From Eledone cirrhosa (Eukaryota): 64,000 nt of DNA. The notes under the pieces were generated by a model. That model was not told where the DNA came from. It did no database searches and saw nothing but the letters and a program-made list of their open reading frames with translations. The DNA lies in contig OZ024742.1 of the NCBI GenBank assembly GCA_964016885.1, positions 98,270,001 to 98,334,000 on the forward strand, given 5' to 3'. The position numbers were made by a program, and so were the translations under genes. Positions 39,609-53,797 of this stretch are shown in pieces. How positions within the stretch are numbered: position 1 is the first letter of the stretch; every line of letters starts with the position of its first letter.

Positions 39609-39610
<2 letters not shown>
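38275..39610 (+). mobile_element. PLE (Hydra-like) 3' remnant, same family as 365-1960
   Basis: KDSNTNYSINWSKLSAAKTYSTGMSHCGLCDLE..LLNNKLERSIFC, then a 3' region colinear with the reverse complement of 365-1715, ending ttgttatcccg-(TA)n. Confidence 0.85.
39277..39382 (+). ncRNA. Hammerhead ribozyme motif with long stem II (homologue of 577-683)
   Basis: gct-CCGAAGA-actgactggt...accagttcaga-GAAAC-AATT-GTC-agc. Confidence 0.6.
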
Positions 39611-39680
<70 letters not shown>

Positions 39681-39788
39681 ACATAAAAAAAACTTCAGAT
39701 TCTAATATATATATATATATATGCAAAAGTTTTATTTAAAATTGTTGGGTTACAAGTAAATATTTTATAACTATAACTAAATATTTTA

Positions 39789-39855
<67 letters not shown>

Positions 39856-40086
39856 GTGACTTTTTTTTATAAAATGAAAAAAAAAACAAGGTGTCCTACA
39901 TGAGTGAAAGTACAAGGAAAGTATATATATATTGCGATGTGGGTTCGTGTAGCATATACATCAATACTCATCCTTTTTTTTTCCATTCAGAGGGCTTTTT
40001 AAAATTCGAACTGACAGACTAATTCTATTTAGTCAAATACGTCATAAGCACATGTTACTACCACATTTTCAAATTATATATATATA

Positions 40087-40233
40087 TAACGACGGAGGTG
40101 TGGTAACGAACCAGAGATTGAACTCTGCCGTCGGGGTCTTGAACATTTTCCTATTACCCACTCTGCTACCCAACGTATCGAGTACTCTGGTGCGTTATGG
40201 TCCACCTGGTTCCTTACCACATTTCCTTCGTTA
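40087..40233. mobile_element. Second copy of the small (TA)n-embedded repeat, with inverted termini
   Basis: taacgacggaggtgtggtaacgaaccag ... ctggttccttaccacatttccttcgtta; TA runs on both sides. Confidence 0.7.
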
Positions 40234-42375
40234 TATATATATGAAAAAATGGGGAGACGAATACTGCAGGTTGCACATGTATAACATGTTATAAAATGAG
40301 TCCCTCATCAGTGATTTGCCAACGATCATAGATATTTCATTGCATTAAAAATCATATACCTCACGTTGGTGCAATAATAACTAAATTAAGTTATTAGGAC
40401 AATTAAAACGCGTAAAGCAAGTGAGACAAGTAACAACAAAGAGGAAAGCTAACCGTAGATAGGAAGAGGCACAAGCTACATAGTTATTCTATCAGCATAA
40501 GCTGGGTGAATATATGAGCGCGTAGAAAATAGACCTTTCGAGATGAATCCAAATGTAAGAAAGAAGGAAATGGTACAATCCACTTAAGGCCTTTTTCACA
40601 TCACCCAGCACAGTTTGACCCTATACGGGAACCTACCCATACTAACCAATGGGATAAGGTTTATAAAAATGCCAATTGTGTGCTAACTGATAGCACAACA
40701 TAATAGTTTATCGAAAGCCCAACATACTCCGCCTGGGCATCTTGGTTCCAGATAGTCTTAACCATAACGTGGTAGATAGATCAAACATAATATAGTGTAC
40801 AATGGGATCGGATCGAGTGGACTACGTCCCACATGATCTATCAAACCCCGGTAGGGTTTGAATCGAACAACGGGTTTGCCCCAAGCCTACCGGGGATATC
40901 TAATGAATCCACTCTATGACGCGAGCTGCCTCCCATACTTTTCATAAGCGCACAATGACTTCCTGCGTTCGTATTTTGACAACCGTTGGGAGTTACTAAT
41001 GAGAAGGTAAATATTGAAATTGTGGAATATGAATTGTGCGGCAAATATGATAAATTATAAAACCACATTAAAAGCAAATTGCGACAGTTGATATTGATTT
41101 CCAGCCGACCCAGGAGGGGTTATACCCGACTGTGAAAGGATTAAAACCTCCAGATTTAGTGATCTACACGAAAACCACGTGGTGGACATGTAAACAACAT
41201 TGTTGTAATCGGTGGTTCTAGCCATGAGTTTACTATATCTCCTGCAGTACTTGAACACACCAGAAATTTACACTTTTTCTAATAAGCTCGCCTATTAACC
41301 TAACCATAACTGCTTTTCCTTCACTCTGCCCTAGGTAATTCCATAGGCGGAGTCTTCTATATACGCTATCTGTCTACGAGACTAAATAGCCATTGCGAAT
41401 AGCATTTACTCTAGTATATTTACATATGATATGGCACTTTAGCTCGATGCAAAATGGGCCATACTGTGTATTTCACGTGGGACGTTGGGTTGCGTAACCG
41501 AACGTGAAGACTGTGAGAGATAGCAAATATTGCGCACCCATTTTATTTCCACTTCCTTCATTGGAGTGCCAGCAGTGCATGTACTCCGCTTTACCTCACT
41601 TCATTGTATTCTGTTTTGGATTTAAGGTGTTTGTTGCAGATTGCCTCTGTGAAAAAATCCTCTATGCGTGTATTAGGAAACCTAGTATTATGTCGCCTAA
41701 TACTTGGAACTGGAACCAATGGATAGAGGGTGGTGGCCGGATATGGAGAAATCAACCTGTTACAAGGCGATACTACTGAAGTGCACCATTTTTCCTATAA
41801 ACAATCCTGCCTGTAAAGCTACACCACAGCTAACCAACTTTTCTATTTACTGACTCCTGCTTACAAGCTTTCATACTCTGCCTGTAAATCATGTGCTTGC
41901 AATGCTTGTGAATTGATGTATCTATGCTTGGTTTGTATTTTGATCATGCTGAGTAACACCCTCATTCATTTCTTGCTCTCCTCTCTCAATCTCCTCATGA
42001 TCTATTGCACCAGTTATGTGATACACTTTTGATGTATTTTTTATGATGTAATTTTTTATAATGTAATTTTTTATGACATTATATGTATCATGTGCCCGCC
42101 CAAATTGTCCTTCTTCCTTGTTCTGGTGACTAGGCTCGATGGAGCCTGCAACCTTTGATATACTTTTGTTTATAAGCTCCGATGATTCCTGCCCTCGGGT
42201 ATGGATGAAACACTGTTAGTAAATAAATCAATGTATTTCTAAGCACTCTTTGGTTATTCCTAACCTTATTACGGCTCTGTAGTATACTAGTTATCCTAAA
42301 TTGAGCTAAAGCCACACTGTCATACTAAGGACAATATATCTGTGTGTATGTGCACATTAGTATAATTGTCAACCA

Positions 42376-42433
<58 letters not shown>

Positions 42434-43236
42434 GGAACTTAAAGATTTAATATGTTATTAACATTCCTAACATGTCTGCATCAGTAACTCGTCTAGACAT
42501 ACAATTAATGAGTACTGAACATATAGCTTGAGGAATTTTTGGCCATATTTGGTCTATATGATTCCGCAATTCTGGTCGTGTTACTGTTTATCTTTTGCGT
42601 TTGACATTGTCCGTAACGCATGTCTCATATTATCTTGCCGTCTATAGGGTTCATATTAGGGGACTAACTGTTTCGTGTCATATAGTTTTCTTTTTTATAG
42701 TGTGCCATTAAGCTCCATCTATGAACATGCAGCTGTCTGATTTTCTTCTTTTACTCCTCGAGAAAATTAGCATATGACTAGAAATATATATTTCCAAATG
42801 TGTTCCTTGTCTCCTCACCTAAATTTAATCTCGCACTAATTCTAAAAATGAGCCCAGCCATAAGAGATATATCTGTTGAAACCTGCTTATGTGAATTTAT
42901 TACTTGAGTAATTGTTAAAACTACACTCTTCTATTGTAGGATAAATGAGCAGGCAAATACATTATGTGGTGAGAAGACGTCAGATACGTTCTGCTCAACT
43001 CATTGCCCTAGTCATTATCCTCTATATCAGCTATATTTAAAGAAAGTTAACTTTTAGAGTTCATATCAACAATATCAAACCTAATGACAATTGGGAAGAA
43101 GAAAGAATTCAGTAACCACAGATTCAAATACAATATAATTGTTGAATTTCTTTATCGTTGTTTTAATCTCACTTCGAGAAAGCCTATGATCTAAGACATA
43201 CCTGCCCTGTTCATCCCTTATTTTTGGGGACATCAA

Positions 43237-43345
43237 ATCACATGGCCTAGTGGTTAGGATATCACACTCACTATCATAAGGTCCTGTGTTAGGTTCCAGG
43301 AATGTGATGAGGACGTCGTGTTCTTGAGCAAAATAAGTTCTGCCT
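43237..43345 (+). mobile_element. Degenerate tRNA-derived CORE-like SINE
   Basis: A box TGGCCTAGTGGTTAGG; CORE-like gtgttcttgagcaaaa. Confidence 0.5.
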
Positions 43346-43763
43346 GTAGTCGACACCAGCGAATGGAAACATTTTTCCTTTGTCTATTTTTCTTTAAGAG
43401 CTTAGAATATATTTGAAAGTAGACTTGCTATTAGTACCAGATAAAAAACTAATTAGATGTTCCCTCATTGATTCGTACAGCCTTCCAATTTTAAAAATTG
43501 AAGAGAAAATTAGATTTAACTGCTCTTGCTATCTGGTCGAAAAATAGCGCCGAGGCATTGATGTTGGCTATGATGTAAATAGCTGTTTTTCCACAGAAAC
43601 TGATAGTAAACAATTATCCTAACAATCTATCCTAGATAGTAAAGGTAAATATAGTTTTTTTGTCTATTCCGGAAGGAATAATGCAAGGAAAACTACCACA
43701 GGTTCTAATGATACAATTTGGCAGGATTTTGGCAGACAGCAATGTTGTTATAACTTGAAGAAT

Positions 43764-43805
<42 letters not shown>

Positions 43806-43816
43806 ACTTAATCCAT

Positions 43817-43885
43817 AGTACAAAGTAGAAAATAAGTATATAAACAGAAATCATGTACAATTCAAAGTGCGTATATATAAGTATT

Positions 43886-43963
<78 letters not shown>

Positions 43964-44021
43964 CACAAACGCACCCATACGCACGGATTTATTCACCCAC
44001 ATGGACTCACATACACACACT

Positions 44022-44071
<50 letters not shown>

Positions 44072-44156
44072 TATATATATATTTAAATACTTATATATAC
44101 GCACTTTGAATTGTACATGATTTCTGTTTATATACTTATTTTCTACTTTGTACTAC
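43817..44156. repeat. Perfect ~75-bp inverted repeat enclosing (TA)n/(CA)n
   Basis: tagtacaaagtagaaaataag...gtatttaaatata / tatatttaaatac...cttattttctactttgtacta. Confidence 0.9.
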
Positions 44157-44619
44157 AGATTAAGTTTTATTGCATTTTCTACTATTTTATAGTATTATAT
44201 ATTCTCCCATATGTTATTTCTTCGATTCAAAAATGTTCTGCTTTAGACTTTTATAGATGCTACCTTATTGATACTGTCAGCAGCAAGATATGCAAAAGTA
44301 AGATATTACCTCTTTTTTCTGCGTGGTGGGGGATATATGTTGGAGTACGATGGTTCAATGTGGGGAATTTTTTAATGTAACATCTACGACAGCCGAAGCA
44401 ATGTAAGTGCCTTGTGCAATGTCATTTATTGCCTCAGCAGGGGTTTCTCTTGAGATAGCAAAACTTTGAATAAGATTTTATTGCAGTTTTCTATCACTTT
44501 TACCATTTTAGGAAATACCCTAGGAAGAAACTTTCTTTAACCGCGATGCAATAATTTGCATTTATGTCATAATTATTGGTACGAACAAAATAAATAAATA
44601 TATATAAATAAATAAATAA

Positions 44620-44702
<83 letters not shown>

Positions 44703-45149
44703 TATATATATATATGTATGTATGCATACATAAAGCAAACGTTGATGGTTTACTCAATTGTTACTCAGAGTTTCACACATGTATATAGGCGAATAGAGAA
44801 ATAAGAACACACACACAGACACACACTTAGACACACACATACATATATGTGTATGTGAGAGAGAACATGTATATTGCATAATAGTCTCTACCCCTATACG
44901 ACTATATATATCTACGCAAATAGACATATCAATTATAAATGTATTTAAACGAACATACGTTAACAATGTTCATACATTTACGCGCACGCAGTTTTATATT
45001 GTGTGTGTGTATGTGTGTATATAATGTGAGTGCGTCGTATATGAGCAAATAGGTTCATTTTCCTACACACACACACAACACACATGCACGCGCGCACATA
45101 TATATAAATATATAAGCTTGCGTTCATGTTTGTGTAGATACACATTATA

Positions 45150-45580
<431 letters not shown>

Positions 45581-46274
45581 ATGAAGGGAGAGTGAGTGAA
45601 ATAGAGACAGGCCAAGGGGGAGACAAAGAGAGATAAATAGAATAGAAATGCATCTTTATATATGCGCATGCTTGTTACAACTGAAAATGCAATAAATATG
45701 GTGAGAAAAAATAATATTAGAAAACAAAATAAAAAGCAAAGAAATAACCCACACACATACACACACGATATAAATCTAAAACAATATAGTGCAGAAACTA
45801 GAAACGAACAAATAAAACAATAATAACAGCAACGGTAACAAAAGAACACAATAGCAGCTTGAGTTTTGGGTTATATAGCTGGAAGAGAAATTATTTTCCA
45901 TTCGATTTGGTTACACCTGGGGAACGCTGAAACAAAGTCAATATGTATATAGTGTTTCCTGCTGATTGGAGAGTTTCTGAAACATATTTGCAATGGTATA
46001 GAAAATGGTGCTTAACACGTTATTGTTTGTATTGTGATTTTATGGATCAGTTATTTAGAAAAACATGGATATTTATCTTCACAAATTAACAGACTGATTT
46101 ATATATTTATCTTGTTATGTACGTATATCTATCTATATATCTATATATATATATATATATATATCTAAGATATGCATATATGTTAAAGCAAAACAAGACA
46201 GGTTAATGATCTGTTGATCTAATAATAACTCATAATTCATGTTAATTGTACATATGTATGCATGTACGTAAGTG

Positions 46275-46380
<106 letters not shown>

Positions 46381-47559
46381 CATGTATATATATATGTGTG
46401 TGTGTGATTGTGTGTGTGTATATGTGTGTGTATGTGTGTGTGTATATTCACCTATGTGTGTGTCTGAGTATATGTGTGTATGTGTGTGTGCGTGTGCATG
46501 TTTGCCTGTATGAATGTTTTAAGAAATGTATGGACATATTGCTTAGTAAAAGAGAACTTTATAAACTTGTGATAATAATATTCCTTTCTAGAATTTGAAA
46601 ACTTTGCAGTTTTTTCTTGCAAATTTGCCTGCATAGTGGATCATTTGTGAAGTGCAGTCTATATTCGTATGAAATGGAGAAAGCTTAATTAGTATACATA
46701 AATTTAATGGTTGATCCACAGTTCAAGTGTAGTGATCATGATGGGTCTTTTATTCTATGAGAATGGTAAATGTGTACGTATGTTAGAGGATTGTCTGAGC
46801 GAGTAATTACCTAGTTTCTATATTTTATCTGATTTGATGTGGAGTATGGCGGTTGTTTTTGGTACTAGATGTTAGGATAAATATTGACATATGATCAAGG
46901 AAATGGTATAAAATCAGGATAATGGGACTTAGATGAAAGTTTTTCTTGAAGTAATTTTATTAGGGGGAGGGTGTCTCTGGGCCCCGCTATAATTGATTGT
47001 AAGTGGGTAGATCTGTGTACAAATATAGAGATCACTGAAAGGATCAAAATGAAAATAAAATATTGTTATTAATCCTAAGATTGTTTAATGAAGGTTGATC
47101 TTCATTGATGATGACGACAACAACAAAAACAACATCAACTTCGATATTGATGACAACAATGAAAACTAGTACTTCAACATTGACGAAGACATCAACGATG
47201 ACTACAACGATAACAACTACAACTATAACAACGATTCGAGTGCTCAATTACGTATAGACTAGCCCAAATTCAAACAGGTGTCTAATTTGCAAAATTCTTA
47301 CAATTTGCAATTCTTTAAATTTGGCAGACCTCAACAGGCGTGGAAATGTTTTCTAGAACAGTTAATACATGGATTTGATGGAGCCAACAGTAATTTCCAT
47401 TATGCCAAATCTGATCTAACAGAGGAATAACCTAGCTTTTCAAGTGTCGTGAGAGACTGTATGATATCAACGGACAAATTAGTGACGAGGAATTATACAA
47501 ATGTAATTCATAGAAATAAAACAAAATTACTAAAGAATGATGTCTGTCTTTGCTAGAAG

Positions 47560-47960
47560 AATCTTACACTCAAGTACAATTTAGATATACTTATACAGTA
47601 ATGTTTAGTGATCAGGAAACCAAGAGAGAAAACTTTCAGAAGCTGGTAGACGACTGCCGCGGGAACGGAGGAAGAACCAGCTGTATCCCAGTGGAATTTG
47701 GAACTCATGAATTCGAAAGTCCTATCCTAAATAAATCGAAAGGAATTCTAAACTTTGCGTTAGTGAACAGAAGAACCATGAAAAACAGCATGGAAGCAGC
47801 AGACAGAGCATCTAGATGATGAAGGCTGAAGAGAGGTGATCGATAGCGCTCTGTATGCTTCATCAATCTCCGTCGGTTCATTTGAATGAGGGTGCATGTT
47901 GTAAGAAACGAAACGCGAGGAGACTTCAGCATGAAACACTGATGATACCTTCAAGTATTG
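47560..47960 (+). mobile_element. HERO/NeSL-like RLE retrotransposon 3' relic
   Basis: ETKRENFQKLVDDCRGNGGRTSCIPVEFGTHEF...EAADRASR**RLKR resembles the RLE C-terminus K..KY..L...C...GW......EVG.RGF...AAE.AS.W.W.KR. Confidence 0.6.
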
Positions 47961-48339
47961 TCATCCGTTCATGTCATAAATACTAGAGACCTGGAAAAAT
48001 AAAAAAAAAACTTTTAATTAAACTTCATGATCAGCATCTTCAAATATATGGGAAAGTCTCAGTGTTATTGAAGTAATGTTTTTATTACGTTTATTGGTTT
48101 TCTGATTTCTACATTAGTCTGTAGCCTTGCTTGAGCATCGCCTTGATCTAGCATTTAATTTTCAAGTCTGGTATTATCGATGAGTTTTTTGTGAATCACC
48201 TCTTTACGGGATATGAAACGAGATACATCCACGCACACATACTCAAAGATACACACTCCCATACACTATCTTCATCTAAGTATAGTAACTCATGATGTAA
48301 CTCTTCAGTCATGGAATAAAGTAATTATCAATAATAATA

Positions 48340-48556
48340 TTGGTTTCTATTTAAGGCACAAAGACAACAATTTTGTAGGGAGGAAGGGGGAGGAAACTCG
48401 ATTAAATCCACCCCAGTACATTACTGGGACTTTATATTATCGACGCCTTAAGGATGAAAGGCAAACCTAACCTCGGCGGAATTTGAACTCAGAAGGGAAT
48501 GGGACGTAACTATATGCAACAAAGTGTGTTGTGGAACATTCTACTAATACTGCCAA
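48340..48556 (-). mobile_element. Nin-domain tRNA-SINE copy
   Basis: aggatgaaaggcaaacctaacctcggcggaatttgaactcag; AAT/ATT-rich flanks. Confidence 0.8.
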
Positions 48557-48675
48557 TAATGTTATTATTATTATTATCCTCATGATTATAAACATAAATA
48601 ATTTAATGACAGATATCTGGTGACATTGCATATATATATATATATACATACATACATATATATATATAAAAAGGA

Positions 48676-49410
48676 TTGTGTGACCTGAAAAAATTCCTTA
48701 AAAAACAAGAATACCCAATGAAACTCATCAACGCAGCCATCTCCAAGGCTAAGAACATCCCAATAACAACACTGAGAAAACCAAACCCACAACATAAAAA
48801 AGAAAACCCTGCTATCTCTTTTGTCATCACTCACAACTCAGGGAACATCAACATTGTGAAAACTGCTAAGCAGTATCTCCCGATTCTACAGCAATCTACC
48901 AAAATGAATGCACTCTTAAAAAACACACAGATAATTTATAGCAGACGCCAAGCACCCAACCTGAAAAAACTAATTACCAAGGCAAAATTTACGACCATCA
49001 TGGAATCAATGCAAGTGACGAAATGCGGGGACCCTAGATCTGGAACCTGTGAACTCATCGAAGAGGGCAAACAGTTGTCCTTCAAAAACCATGATAATTT
49101 CAAGGTCAATGCTAACATGAACTGCAAAACGAAAAACCTAATATATTGCGCAACATGTCCACAGTGTAAAGAGTATTACATTGGGGAAACCGGAACGGGA
49201 TTACATGATAGAGTCCGGGTACATAAACAACAAATTAAAGACCCCACAGTCAGAAATACCACATGTAGCGCACACTTTGCATCATACGGGAAGGGAAAAT
49301 TCACAATCTTCCCTTTCTTCAAGATATGGTCGGATAATGAACATTTCCGCAGATATAAAGAAGAATTCTTCATTGAAATATTTAAACCACTACTGAACAC
49401 GAAAAAATGA
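48676..49410 (+). pseudogene. Neptune-like PLE thumb/linker + GIY-YIG endonuclease, 5'-truncated
   Basis: KCGDPRSGTC linker, [25 protein letters not shown]...H, AHF, R..KE.FFI..FKP.LN. Begins immediately after a (TA)n. Confidence 0.85.
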
Positions 49411-49496
49411 ATTAACACTCGGAGGTAAAATTCCATTTCACTACCCCCCCCCCCTCTTCTTATGTATACACATGAATATCTGAGTAAACGGTGAGA

Positions 49497-49565
49497 CACA
49501 CACATATATGTGTGTAGGGATGTATGGATGTATGTACGTGTGGGTATATATGTATGTGGGTGTGC

Positions 49566-49601
<36 letters not shown>

Positions 49602-49634
49602 GTATGGATGTGTGTATGTTTGTATGTGTGTGTG

Positions 49635-49719
<85 letters not shown>

Positions 49720-49780
49720 GTGTATGTGTGTATATATGTGTATATGTACATGTATGTATGTGTATGTTTGTGTATATATA

Positions 49781-49811
<31 letters not shown>

Positions 49812-50364
49812 GTGTATATATATATATGGATAGATATGTATGTTTATGTGTGTGTGTATATATGTGTATGCACCTATATATATGTATGTGTGTGTATGTA
49901 TGTGCATATATGTATATATGTGTGTACATATGTGTATGTTTCTATTTGTGTACATGTATGTATGTATGTAGATGTATGTGTGTATATATATGTATATATA
50001 TGTATATATATGTGTATGTGTATATGTGTCTTTATGTGCTCGTGTGTACGCACATGTGTATATATGTATGTGTGTATGTGTGTATGTATGTGTGTGTATG
50101 TGTATATATATATGTATATATATGTATGTATATATGTATATATATATATGTGTGTATGTATGTACATGTATGTGTATGTATGTTTGTATGTATGTATGTA
50201 CTTGTATGTGTATGTATGTGTATAAATATATATATATATGTATATATGTGTGTATATGTGTGTGTATATATATGTATATGGATATATATGTATGTGTATA
50301 TGTATGTGTATATGTGTGTATGTGTCTGTATGTGTTTATGTGTACATATATGTATGTGTATGTG

Positions 50365-50433
<69 letters not shown>

Positions 50434-50770
50434 ATATATATATATGTATGTGTGTGTATGCTTCTCTCTTTATATGTGTATATATATATAGATGTATGTG
50501 TGTATGTGTGTGTGTGTATGCATGTATGTGTGAACGGAGGGGTATATATACGGACATATGTATATGTGTGTGTGTGTGTGTGTATACACGTGCGTGTGTG
50601 TGTGTGCGTGTGTATGTGTGCGTGTATGTGTATATATGTATATTTAGTTATGTATCTGTATGTGTGTATATGTATGTATATGTATGTATGTATATGAGTG
50701 TATATATGTATATATATATATATATATATTTGTGTATATATATTTGTATGTGTGTGTGTATGTGTATATG

Positions 50771-50827
<57 letters not shown>

Positions 50828-51045
50828 GTATGTGTGTATAGATATATATATATACCCATGTGGGGGTATGAGTACATATTCGTGTGTGTACGTATGTGTA
50901 TGTGTGTTTTTATATGTGTCTCTATATGTATTTGTGTATGTATGTGGATGTATTTGTACATGGGTGTGTGATTGATGGTGTGTGCCTATATATTCCTACA
51001 TATGCCCGTGTGTGTATGTACGTATATGCGCACATATGTGTGTGT
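49497..51045. repeat. 1.5-kb degenerate (TA/TG) purine-pyrimidine low-complexity tract
   Basis: Direct reading; it lies directly 3' of the Neptune-like ORF. Confidence 0.95.
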
Positions 51046-51606
51046 TGAACAAAGGACTAACTTTGGGATGGACATAGAAAAATTCTTCAGGAAAAAAAGA
51101 AAAAAATAATTATTCACAAACTTGACAGGTGCGATTTGCCTGTGACCATTCTCAACACAAAAGCAATACTAAAAGCTTTTTCCCCTGAATAAAGGAATTT
51201 TTCGAGAATGACCGGGGCAGGCCGCACTTGCTACATTTCTCCCCACCCAACCCTACTCACCGTCTCAACTCATTACTGCTATGAACACTTTTTCAACACA
51301 CCTACACCCATGCACTTATTAAAGGGGGAGAAAAGAAACCCCCACCACACCACAGACATGTTAAATCCCTATATATAGAACAACACACCACATACACATC
51401 AGTTTGACAAGCGCACCTCAGCGTGAAAGGTCTTTCTAAAAACGAAACAATACCTCCTACGTTAACCAAGAACTCCTAAGACCTAACCAACAACCAATAA
51501 CTTAATTTCTAAGATAATTTTTTTAAGAAAAATTCTTTTTGGATTTTGTGAAGAAAATAAATTTGTTGAAAGCACAAGTGAAGCCATTTTTTCTTCCCCC
51601 CCTGTC

Positions 51607-51664
<58 letters not shown>

Positions 51665-51724
51665 TATTTCGTTTCTGAATTTGTTTAGCAAGATTCTTTA
51701 TCTGAAAACGTGTGTTGAAACCGA

Positions 51725-52140
51725 TATTGTTATACTTTGGGAGGGTCATGTTGCCAATAAGAAACACACGCACCAGTTGCTTTCACTTCAGTTTATTATA
51801 ATACATTTATAAATTTAGGAATTTATAAATTTGCGGTTGGTTGGTTGGTTCCACAATCAGATGGTTGTTTATATATTGTCAAAGTTCTTTCGTCACACAT
51901 TCTATGACTTCTTCAGGAGAGGCACAGAAAACAAAGAAAAGAATCCCCAGTCACTGAAGGGGTCAAAGAATGTGTGACGAAAAAACTTTGACAATATATA
52001 AACAACCATCTGGTTGTGGTACCAACCAACCAACCGGAAATTTATAAATTCTTAAATTTATAAATTTATTATAATAAATTGAAGTGAAAGCATGTGGTGC
52101 GTGTGTTTCTTATTGGCAACATGACCCTCCCAAAGTATAA
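51725..52140. mobile_element. Foldback of two inverted ~187-bp PLE pLTR ends (Nematis-like family)
   Basis: Arms 51730-51916 and 51954-52140. The terminus attgttatactttgggagggtcatgttgcca matches 58565-58590. Confidence 0.8.
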
Positions 52141-52142
52141 AA

Positions 52143-52208
<66 letters not shown>

Positions 52209-52476
52209 ATATACATATATGGAAAAGTGATGAAACTGAAAGCAATAATGATGATAATTGCACATAATGATGTTTCTAAATTACATAGTAGTTAATTATA
52301 GCCTCTAATATTGTAGACCTTATATTAGAAAAGATACGGAGTCCTTTTCATTGGTAAATGTGTCATAAATTTACTCACTCAAGATATCGATGATAACTCA
52401 TTATATAGCAAAGAAATTAGGTACCTTTTATTCTGTGAATATTACGGTTAGATGTGTGCATGTTTAAATATTCGTT

Positions 52477-52554
<78 letters not shown>

Positions 52555-52558
<4 letters not shown>

Positions 52559-53702
52559 GAGTCCTTCATCAGTGACCCTCCAACCGTCCTAAGCATTTCA
52601 TCGCTTTAAGGGCCATATACCTCAGGTTGGTGCGAACAACGGCTAAAAAAAGTCGTTGGGACACGTAAATAAAGAGAACGTTAGGGTGAACAAACAAAAT
52701 GGTTTAAGCAACAGAAAGTGAGAAGAAAGAGACAAGTCCCAGATTTCTATGAATATAAACTCGATAAAATCGTGAACTAGAGAATAAAGCCCATCAGACC
52801 TGGTTGAAATGTGAGCAAGGAAGGAATTTCGCACAGGTCTAACGGGAGGAAGAAGAAGGAAGAAGAAGGGGTCTGGTCTGCGAATTCGGTAAACATAAGT
52901 TCTGTGAAGACGCAGATGAGAGAGAGAGAGAAAAAAAATTCATACCGGCTTGGCCAAGAGTGCGCGAGAAAAGAAATCGGACAGGTCAAGCGGGAAGAAA
53001 GAGGAGTGGAGGAGAGGTAGTGACAGGGTATGAGTGAGTGAAAGTTGAGGAAGAGGCTAACAGAGAGAGAGACTGCTAGAAAGGGTAAAGATACAAAGAA
53101 CGAAACAGACGGGTGGCAGCAGAGGAAAAAATATATGTGTAAATATGATAATAATGGAGCTGCGGCGTTGCAAATGGGTTACATATAAAAAAGTGAGTCC
53201 TTCATCAGTGACCCTCCAACCGTCCTAGGCATTTCATCGCTTTAAGGGCCATATACCTCAGGTTGGTGCGATTTTTTCTCTCTCTCTCTCGTCTGCGTCT
53301 TCACAGAACTTATGTTTACCGAATTCGCAGACCAGGCCCCTTCTTCTTCCTTCTTCTTCCTCCCGTTAGACCTGTGCGAAATTCCTTCCTTGCTCACATT
53401 TCAACCAGGTCTGATGGTCTTTATTCTCTAGTTCACGATTTTATCGAGTTTATATTCATAGAAATCTGGGACTTGTCTCTTTCTTCTAACTTTCTGTTGC
53501 TTAAACCATTTTGTTTGTTCACCCTAACGTTCTCTTTATTTACGTGTCCCAACGACTTTTTTTAGCCGTTGTTCGCACCAACCTGAGGTATATGGCCCTT
53601 AAAGCGATGAAATGCCTAGGACGGTTGGAGGGTCACTGATGAAGGACTCACTTTTTTATATGTAACCCATTTGCAACGCCGCAGCTCCATTATTATCATA
53701 TT

Positions 53703-53706
<4 letters not shown>
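52555..53706. mobile_element. Complex tandem/inverted repeat insertion in (TA)n, PLE-style
   Basis: 52555-52935 is inverted at ~53273-53654; 52555-52633 is repeated directly at 53191-53270; 53133-53270 is inverted at 53575-53708. Diverged relative at 40293-40420. Confidence 0.8.

Positions 53707-53797
<91 letters not shown>

Noticed and set aside
53636-53660. CTGATGA-aggactcac as a hammerhead
   Set aside because: No downstream closing stem II or GAAA found in any of the copies.
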